NCBI GenBank assembly: GCA_046704725.1
Contig: JBJKRI010000005.1
Coordinates: forward strand, 96,001 to 160,000
Length of the DNA: 64,000 bases
Direction of reading: 5' to 3'
DNA from: Candidatus Woesearchaeota archaeon
GTDB lineage: Archaea > Nanobdellota > Nanobdellia > Woesearchaeales > SKIA01
Below, in pieces: positions 57,923 to 64,000 of this stretch. The first letter of the stretch is position 1. The number at the start of each line of letters is the position of its first letter. The position numbers were made by a program, and so were the translations under genes. A model generated the notes under the pieces. That model saw only the letters and a program-made list of their open reading frames with translations, made no database searches and had not been told where the DNA came from.

Positions 57923-59086
57923 CTATTGCTCCTGCATCCAGGGAATCATCTGGGGCAGATCGCCGATTCGCCGGGGGAGATGATCGATGAGGTTGTACGG
58001 GTTATTGTCTTCGCTCGAGAGCGCCTGCTGCCGCACCGCTTTGATGATCTCCCGTTTCCGCCTGACGTTGGGGAAGCTGTGCGAGAGTGTATGCAGCAGC
58101 CGACCGAAGTCGTCATCGAGGGTCTTCGGATTGTCGGTCCAGAAATAGAAGTCAGGATCGATGTCCACCATAGTGGCGGTGTCGCTCTTCCTCGTCTTCT
58201 GCCAACAATAGTGCGCTACTTGCCGGTCGTAGGCTCCGAACAGCCCCACAGAGTGGAGCTGCCCCGCATATCCCCCGATCACTTCCGGTTTCAACGGTCT
58301 GTCCTTCGCGCTGTCCAGGAACGCTCGGAGGAAGTAGATATCGCCATTCTCCGTATCAGCCTCGATTCCGAGCATTCGTGGTGTGATGCGTTCGAGCTGG
58401 TCGTCCTTGTACAGCTGTTCGAGCGCCCCGTGCAAATACGGCTCTGGGATGATGAGCGCGCCCGTGTGCGGCTGACCGAGGATGAGATTCCGCAAATCGT
58501 GACCTGCGCCTCTGTCGAAAGTGTTCAGCCACCTGTAGTTCGCGGCTGAGTTGAACTGCTTTCTTGCGGCTTCTTTCCGCGTGGGATTGCCCCATGTTCG
58601 TGCGGCCCGCATGATGACCACCGGGCCGGATTGGTCTTCGAGATAGAGGATGTTCGGCAGACGGAAACGCGGCTGCTGCATCCGCGGATTCGGATGATTC
58701 CGGTATTCAAGGTCGTTACGCGGCGTGACTGTGAGCTCGCGCGGTCCGCTGTGCGTCTCCAGCACTGCAGTGATCACGGGGAGAGTATCATGCCAAATGC
58801 CTAGCAGCTCCTCTTCCTTGTCGTCTCGTGGCGCGAGCCATTCCCTATTCGCGCGGTCGCCTCCGCGCCTCTTGATTTCCACCGTGGCCTGATTGTGCTT
58901 GATGACCTCTTCAAGGCCTTTGTACACTGTCTTGAATGCTTCTTTGGCAGAGATCTGCACCGCTCCGGTATACTCGGTCCTTCCGTGCGATGTGCGACGT
59001 GTCGCTTGGCCTTCGAAGAACCGGATATCTACAACATCGTGCATGAGTTGCTCAGAAGTGAGGATTCCGTTCGGGCATTCACTCAT
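57923..59086 (-). CDS. Hypothetical protein with possible degenerate kinase-like C-terminal half
   Basis: ~387-aa ORF; LH..G...DRQVAHY and MVDIDPDF; TTTATATA upstream. Confidence 0.65.
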   Translation of the reverse strand: MSECPNGILTSEQLMHDVVDIRFFEGQATRRTSHGRTEYTGAVQISAKEAFKTVYKGLEEVIKHNQATVEIKRRGGDRANREWLAPRDDKEEELLGIWHDTLPVITAVLETHSGPRELTVTPRNDLEYRNHPNPRMQQPRFRLPNILYLEDQSGPVVIMRAARTWGNPTRKEAARKQFNSAANYRWLNTFDRGAGHDLRNLILGQPHTGALIIPEPYLHGALEQLYKDDQLERITPRMLGIEADTENGDIYFLRAFLDSAKDRPLKPEVIGGYAGQLHSVGLFGAYDRQVAHYCWQKTRKSDTATMVDIDPDFYFWTDNPKTLDDDFGRLLHTLSHSFPNVRRKREIIKAVRQQALSSEDNNPYNLIDHLPRRIGDLPQMIPWMQEQ

Positions 59087-59162
59087 GGTGCTTTGAAGGC
59101 GAGATTGGTATATAAACCTTTCCGATTTAATCACTTTATAGTGGTACAGTAATTCAATGGCC

Positions 59163-59627
59163 TCACGCCCGGACGTCCACGATTTCGGCCGATTCGCGGT
59201 ATTGTGTAATCGCCTCTGGAGCGTACTCCAGCCCGTACTGGAGGTCTCCGGAACCCGTGTTGATTTTCTGAAGCTCCATCACGCTCGGGTCCACGAAAAG
59301 GGGCCCGGGGACCGTGAGCGGGCAGCATTCGCCGGGCTCCCAGCCCAATCCCCGCATCTCGTCGGGATGCAGGGGGGAGACGGCGGAATCAACAAGGGCG
59401 CGGACCTTCTTGTAGCTCACGCGGTCCTTTCCGCGCACGGCGACAGCGAAAGGGGTGCCATCCGATTTGCGCTTGAACAATATGGTCTTGACTATCCCTT
59501 CAGGGTCGACATCTACCTTGTCGAGCACGTCGCGGGTGCGGACAGCGGGCCCGCCGAGGTCGATGACGCGATAGGCGATGCCCAGGGCTTCCAGGCGCTC
59601 CACAGTGGCCTTCAGACGCTCGTTCAT
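59163..59627 (-). CDS. YbaK/ProX-family aminoacyl-tRNA editing protein
   Basis: IVKTILFK, GWEPGECCPL, VDPSV, GSG. Confidence 0.88.
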   Translation of the reverse strand: MNERLKATVERLEALGIAYRVIDLGGPAVRTRDVLDKVDVDPEGIVKTILFKRKSDGTPFAVAVRGKDRVSYKKVRALVDSAVSPLHPDEMRGLGWEPGECCPLTVPGPLFVDPSVMELQKINTGSGDLQYGLEYAPEAITQYRESAEIVDVRA

Positions 59628-59682
59628 GGTGTTTCCCGAGCGCAAAGATATTTAAAAACCACGGCGTCCTCCCCATCAATAA

Positions 59683-59755
59683 GTCCCCGTAGCTTAGCGG
59701 CTATAGCGGCCGGCTGTTAACCGGCAGGTCCCCAGTTCGAATCTGGGCGGGGACG
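59683..59755 (+). tRNA. tRNA-Asn(GTT)
   Basis: GTCCCCGTAGCTTAG...GCCGGCTGTTAACCGGC...CCCAGTTCGAATCTGGGCGGGGACG. Confidence 0.96.
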
Positions 59756-59775
59756 TTCTTCATCCCTCGCGAGAG

Positions 59776-61062
59776 CTAGGGCGTATAGCGCAAAGGCGTC
59801 CGTGGGAAGGGGATCGCGTCCTTGATGGTGTCAAGGCCGCACACCCAGGCGATGACGCGCTCCATGCCCAGGCCGAAACCGCCGTGCGGCACGCTGCCGT
59901 ACTTTCGGGTATCCAGGTAGTAGCCGTAGTCCTTGGGGTCCTCGCCTTCTTCCTTGAGACGCTCGACGATGAGCTCGATATCCTCCTCGCGCTGGGAGCC
60001 GCCGATGACCTCACCGTAGCCCTCGGGGGCGATGAAGTCCACGCCGAGCACGACATCCGGATTGTCGGGGGCTTTTTTCATGTAGAAAGCCTTGACCTTG
60101 GTGGGATAGCGCGTCACGATGACGGGCGTGTCGTAGTGCGCGGACAGCTTGTCCTCCTCGACGGTGCGCAGGTCCTTGCCCCATTCCACTTTGAGACCGT
60201 CCTTGTCCTTGAGGAGCTTGAGGACGTCGTCGTAGGTCATGCGCGGGAACTTCTTGTCGACGGTCGGCCGCAGCTTCTCGGGATCGCGTTCCAGGACCGC
60301 GAGATCGTGCAGGTTGTCTTGCAGCACGCGCTCGACCATGCGCTTGAGCACGCCCTCGCCGTGGGCGATGACGGTGTCGAAATCCACCCAGGCCATCTCC
60401 ATCTCGGCCATCCAGAACTCGGTGAGGTGGCGCGAGGTCTTGGATTTCTCCGCCCGGAAGGTCGGCGCTATGGTATAGATGTTCTCGACCGAGAAGATGC
60501 CCGCCTCGGCGTAGAGCTGCCAGGTCTGCGACAAGAAGACCTCGTGCTCGAAGTACTTGACCGCGAACAACTCGGAGCCGCCCTCGGACTGCGTGGCCTG
60601 GAAGATCGGGCTGTGATACTCGTAGAAGCCTTTCTTGTCGAAGTACTCCCGAAACGCCGAGAAGCACGTGTGCCGGATCTTCAATATAGCGTTCATCTTG
60701 CGGCTGCGAAGCCACAAGTGCCTATTGTTGGCGAGATGCTCCGCGCTGAAGTCCTTGGTGATGGGGAAATCCACGGACGGACCGACAACGGTCAGCTCAG
60801 AGACGACGAGCTCGACGCCCGTCGGCGCGCGCTTCTCCTCGTGGAGCGTGCCGGTGACGGTGACCGCCGCCTCGACCTTGAGCTCTTGCGCATTGTCCCA
60901 GACCTGCTCTGGCACGTCGTCTTTCTTGATGACGCACTGCAGCACGTCATCGGTGTCACGGAGGACCAGGAAGCGCAGCTGATTCGAGCCCCGCTCCCGG
61001 TACACCCACCCCGAGACGGTGATCTCTCCTGTCTGTTGTTCAAGCGCTTTCCTGATGTGCAT
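59776..61062 (-). CDS. asnS: Asparagine--tRNA ligase
   Basis: GWV.R.R, RHLWLRS, FRAEKSKTSRHLTEFWMAE, KAFYM, GYGEVIGGSQRE, YGSVPHGGFGLG.ER. Confidence 0.93.
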   Translation of the reverse strand: MHIRKALEQQTGEITVSGWVYRERGSNQLRFLVLRDTDDVLQCVIKKDDVPEQVWDNAQELKVEAAVTVTGTLHEEKRAPTGVELVVSELTVVGPSVDFPITKDFSAEHLANNRHLWLRSRKMNAILKIRHTCFSAFREYFDKKGFYEYHSPIFQATQSEGGSELFAVKYFEHEVFLSQTWQLYAEAGIFSVENIYTIAPTFRAEKSKTSRHLTEFWMAEMEMAWVDFDTVIAHGEGVLKRMVERVLQDNLHDLAVLERDPEKLRPTVDKKFPRMTYDDVLKLLKDKDGLKVEWGKDLRTVEEDKLSAHYDTPVIVTRYPTKVKAFYMKKAPDNPDVVLGVDFIAPEGYGEVIGGSQREEDIELIVERLKEEGEDPKDYGYYLDTRKYGSVPHGGFGLGMERVIAWVCGLDTIKDAIPFPRTPLRYTP

Positions 61063-61294
61063 GGTCCTTGTATCCCTCCTTGTTCTTTTATTCCTTTGCG
61101 CCGTCGCACCGCTATAATTGCATATGTGGGGGCGGCGACGCCCTACTGATTATTGCGGCCGCTGCGAGAAGGTCCGTGTGCAGTGGCCGGTGTCATAACC
61201 TCCCTGAAAGAGCGTTCCTATAAAAACCTCTCGGCTGTTGCAGCGGTGGACACGCGCGCGGCATCTTTATTAATCGTGGAGGCCTCCATCAGCC

Positions 61295-61447
61295 ATGCCC
61301 TCGAAGATGGTCAGGATTCCCCGAGACGAGTACCGCGCGCTCCTCGAAGAAGTGGGCATCCTGCGCAATGAAGAAATGATGCGCGCCATCACGGAGAGCG
61401 AGGAAGCGAAGAAGCGCGGTCAAGAGCCTCACGAGCTTCACCTGTAA
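61295..61447 (+). CDS. Putative antitoxin (RelB/YefM C-terminal-like, 50 aa; not in ORF track)
   Basis: MPSKMVRIPRDEYRALLEEVGILRNEEMMRAITESEEAKKRG, resembling the EYE.L.ET.EIL.N..L...I.ES......G pattern. Confidence 0.7.
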   Translation: MPSKMVRIPRDEYRALLEEVGILRNEEMMRAITESEEAKKRGQEPHELHL

Positions 61448-61698
61448 GCCGTATTGTGCGATCCCGCGGCGACGACAATGATGCGCTGGTTCTCATCGTC
61501 GATCTCATAGACGAGACGGAGGCCCGGGCCCAGCACGCAACTCCACTTGCCCTGGAGCTTCCCCCGCAACGGATGCGCGCCCGAATTGGTCCGTGGATCC
61601 TTGCTGAGCGATGAGAGACGCTTCCGGACGCCTGGACGGTCAAGAACGGCGTAGAACTGCTTTTCAGCCCGTCGGCTCCTCGTCCAGAACGAATACAT
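61438..61698 (-). CDS. RelE/ParE-superfamily toxin
   Basis: RAEKQF...L..L.KDP....HPLRGKLQGKWS....LRLVYEID.....V...GSH...Y. Confidence 0.85.
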   Translation of the reverse strand: MYSFWTRSRRAEKQFYAVLDRPGVRKRLSSLSKDPRTNSGAHPLRGKLQGKWSCVLGPGLRLVYEIDDENQRIIVVAAGSHNTAYR

Positions 61699-61794
61699 GG
61701 AGCACGCATATCGGATGCGCTATCAACGCTTGCTCTTGTCCGTGTCCAGTGATCCTGCCGCACGCTTTATATGCACCGCCGTATCTCTGCGGGC

Positions 61795-63186
61795 ATGCTC
61801 AGGACGCACACCTGCGGGGAACTCCGCAAAAACGACGCCGGCAAGACCGTGACCCTGGCCGGCTGGGTCGAGACGTTGCGCATCAGCGGGAAGATCGGTT
61901 TTCTGCTCCTGCGCGATCGCTACGGCATCACCCAGTGCTTCTTGAACGCCACGCTGGCGGAGCAGCTCAAGGATGTCAGGAGAGAATCCGTCGTGCAGGT
62001 GACGGGCGAGGTCAAGGAGCGTCCGGACAAGCAGAAGAAGCCAGAGATGGCGACCGGCGACATCGAGCTGTCCGTGAAAGAAGCGAACGTGCTGAGTGCG
62101 GCAGACCCGCTCCCCCTGGAGCTCGATGAGAGCGTGGAGACCAGCGAGGACACGAGGCTCAAGTATCGCTACCTCGACCTGCGACGGCCGCCCATGCAAG
62201 ACATGATCGCGAAACGGGACGCGTTCATCCACGCGATACGAGAGCATCTGCACCAGCAGGGATTCCTCGAGGTATCGACGCCAGTATTGACGAAGAGCAC
62301 GCCAGAAGGCGCGAGGGACTTCCTCGTGCCGAGCAGGCTGCACCGAGGCAAGTTCTACGCGCTGCCGCAGAGCCCGCAGCAGTACAAGCAATTGCTCATG
62401 GTCGCCGGCGCGGACAAGTACTTCCAAATCGCGCCATGCTTCCGCGACGAGGACGCGCGGGCCGACAGGAGCCCCGGAGAGTTCTACCAGCTCGACCTGG
62501 AGATGAGCTTCCCCGAGCAAGAGGACGTCCTGCGATTGACAGAAGAATTGTTCACGAAGGTGGTGACGGAGGTCTTCCCCGACAAGCGACTCACGACGCC
62601 CTTCCCGCGGCTCACCTACAAACAGGCTATGGAGAAGTACGGTACGGACAAGCCGGACCTGCGAAAGGACAAGAATGACCCTGATGAAATGGCGTTCTGC
62701 TGGGTCGTGGACTTCCCCCTCTTCGAGCCCGAGCTCGAGGACGGACACTACGCGCCCATGCATCATATGTTTACCATGCCCCACGAGGACGACCTGCCAC
62801 TGCTGAAGAGCGACCCCGGGAAGGCGCGGAGCTACCAGCACGACCTCGTCCTCAACGGCTTCGAGGTCGGCGGGGGCAGCATCCGTATCCACGACGCGAA
62901 GATCCAGGAGAAGATCTTCGAGCTCATCGGTTTCTCCAAGGAACAGGAAGAGTATTTCGCGCACATGCTCGAGGCCTTCCGCTACGGCGTGCCACCGCAC
63001 GGCGGCATCGCGCCGGGCATCGACCGCATGCTCATGGTACTGATGGGCAAGAAGAGCATCCGCGAGGTCATCGCTTTCCCCAAGAACAAGGACGCGCGCG
63101 ACGTGATGATGGACGCTCCCTCGACGGTGGACAAGGGCCAGCTCGACGATCTGGGCATCGCGCTCAAGGACACGCATCACTCATGA
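61795..63186 (+). CDS. aspS: Aspartate--tRNA ligase, bacterial type, lacking the GAD insertion domain
   Basis: RTHTCGEL, RLKYRYLDLR, TPEGARDFLVPSR, YALPQSPQ.YKQLLM, CFRDED.RADR, HHMFT.P, PPHGGIAPG; only 463 aa. Confidence 0.95.
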   Translation: MLRTHTCGELRKNDAGKTVTLAGWVETLRISGKIGFLLLRDRYGITQCFLNATLAEQLKDVRRESVVQVTGEVKERPDKQKKPEMATGDIELSVKEANVLSAADPLPLELDESVETSEDTRLKYRYLDLRRPPMQDMIAKRDAFIHAIREHLHQQGFLEVSTPVLTKSTPEGARDFLVPSRLHRGKFYALPQSPQQYKQLLMVAGADKYFQIAPCFRDEDARADRSPGEFYQLDLEMSFPEQEDVLRLTEELFTKVVTEVFPDKRLTTPFPRLTYKQAMEKYGTDKPDLRKDKNDPDEMAFCWVVDFPLFEPELEDGHYAPMHHMFTMPHEDDLPLLKSDPGKARSYQHDLVLNGFEVGGGSIRIHDAKIQEKIFELIGFSKEQEEYFAHMLEAFRYGVPPHGGIAPGIDRMLMVLMGKKSIREVIAFPKNKDARDVMMDAPSTVDKGQLDDLGIALKDTHHS

Positions 63187-63902
63187 GGGACACGCACGAC
63201 TACAACGCCGACGTCTACGACGTGGCGTACGCACCCTACTTCCCGCCGGAGAAGACAGCCGCGGAGCTCGAACGCATGCGCTCCCTTCTCCCCGAGCATG
63301 GGCGCGTGCTCGACCTTGGCTGCGGCACGGGACGCCATCTTGTCCCGCTCGCAAAAGAAGGCTATCGCGTGACGGGTGTGGACTCCTCCGAGGGCATGCT
63401 CAAAGCGTGCAAGAGAAAGCTCGCCGAAGCAGGAGCGAAGGCAAGGCTCATCCATGGCGATGCCACCACGGCGGAGCTCGGGGGGCACTATGGCCTTGCT
63501 GTCATCATGTGGAACGCCTTTTGCGAACTCGCTCCCGATGAAGGGGCGGCGGTCGCTTTCCTGAGGCGCATCAATGATTCCCTCGCAGAGGACGGGATGT
63601 TGCTCATCCAGCAGCATGACCCTGATGTGTTCAGCGAGGGACAGGAATCGCACTATGACGTCGTGGACGGCGATACCCGGTACACCGTTTCCTGGTATGT
63701 CCGGGAAAAGCATGATAAGACGACAGTCTCTGAAGAACAGCTCACTATCCGCTCGCCCGACAGAGAAGAGAAGCGCGTCTCAGAATTGCGGCAGCGCTGG
63801 TACTCGCGAACGGAATACGCCGCGCTCTTATTGCAGGCAGGATTTCTGGACGTGCGTTTCGAGGGCGAAGACGAGTTTCTTATCATAGCGAAGGGGGCAT
63901 AG
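63183..63902 (+). CDS. Class I SAM-dependent methyltransferase
   Basis: VLDLGCGTGRH, VTGVDSSEGML, GDA. Confidence 0.9.
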   Translation: MRDTHDYNADVYDVAYAPYFPPEKTAAELERMRSLLPEHGRVLDLGCGTGRHLVPLAKEGYRVTGVDSSEGMLKACKRKLAEAGAKARLIHGDATTAELGGHYGLAVIMWNAFCELAPDEGAAVAFLRRINDSLAEDGMLLIQQHDPDVFSEGQESHYDVVDGDTRYTVSWYVREKHDKTTVSEEQLTIRSPDREEKRVSELRQRWYSRTEYAALLLQAGFLDVRFEGEDEFLIIAKGA

Positions 63903-63932
63903 CTTCTTAATCAGACGGCATACCCTCTCCCC

Positions 63933-64000
63933 ATGAGAACTATCGCGGCTGGAGCGCTCCTCGCGCTCGCTCTGGGATGCTCGTCCCCGAAAGTACCGGT
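63933..64000 (+). CDS. Start of a putative lipoprotein (truncated by window end)
   Basis: MRTIAAGALLALALGCSSP with lipobox-like ALGC. Confidence 0.5.
   Translation, partial: MRTIAAGALLALALGCSSPKVP

Overview
High-GC archaeal chromosomal segment. The gene set (AglB, Topo VI A/B, archaeal DnaG, NAC, Sec61beta, RIO1/Dim2, AK6, intron-containing tRNA-Trp, stand-alone 5S rRNA, RNase P RNA), the bacterial-type nrdR and aspS, and the many ORFans suggest a DPANN archaeon, probably Woesearchaeota (inference). In order: (1) NrdR-box/nrdR/class II RNR with a cobalamin adenosyltransferase, Nudix hydrolase and dUTPase; (2) DhnA aldolase and PfkB kinase; (3) tRNA-Leu, a small HTH/SHOCT module, YchF-like GTPase and tRNA-Trp; (4) a cluster of large cell-surface proteins, including one with an apparent 12-stranded outer-membrane-type beta-barrel; (5) aglB plus a ~13 kb glycan-modification locus; (6) RNA, translation and replication housekeeping genes with interspersed ORFans; (7) an Asn/Asp tRNA-charging cluster containing a convergent RelE/antitoxin pair. 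Best novelty candidates: the autotransporter-like beta-barrel protein, a ~290-nt structured leader upstream of dnaG, the tail-to-tail toxin-antitoxin pair, an Asn-Asn-Gln uORF upstream of asnS, and a K-turn-like mini-intron in tRNA-Trp. No CRISPR array, transposase or integrase was seen. All calls come from reading the sequence and recognising motifs; no searches were run.
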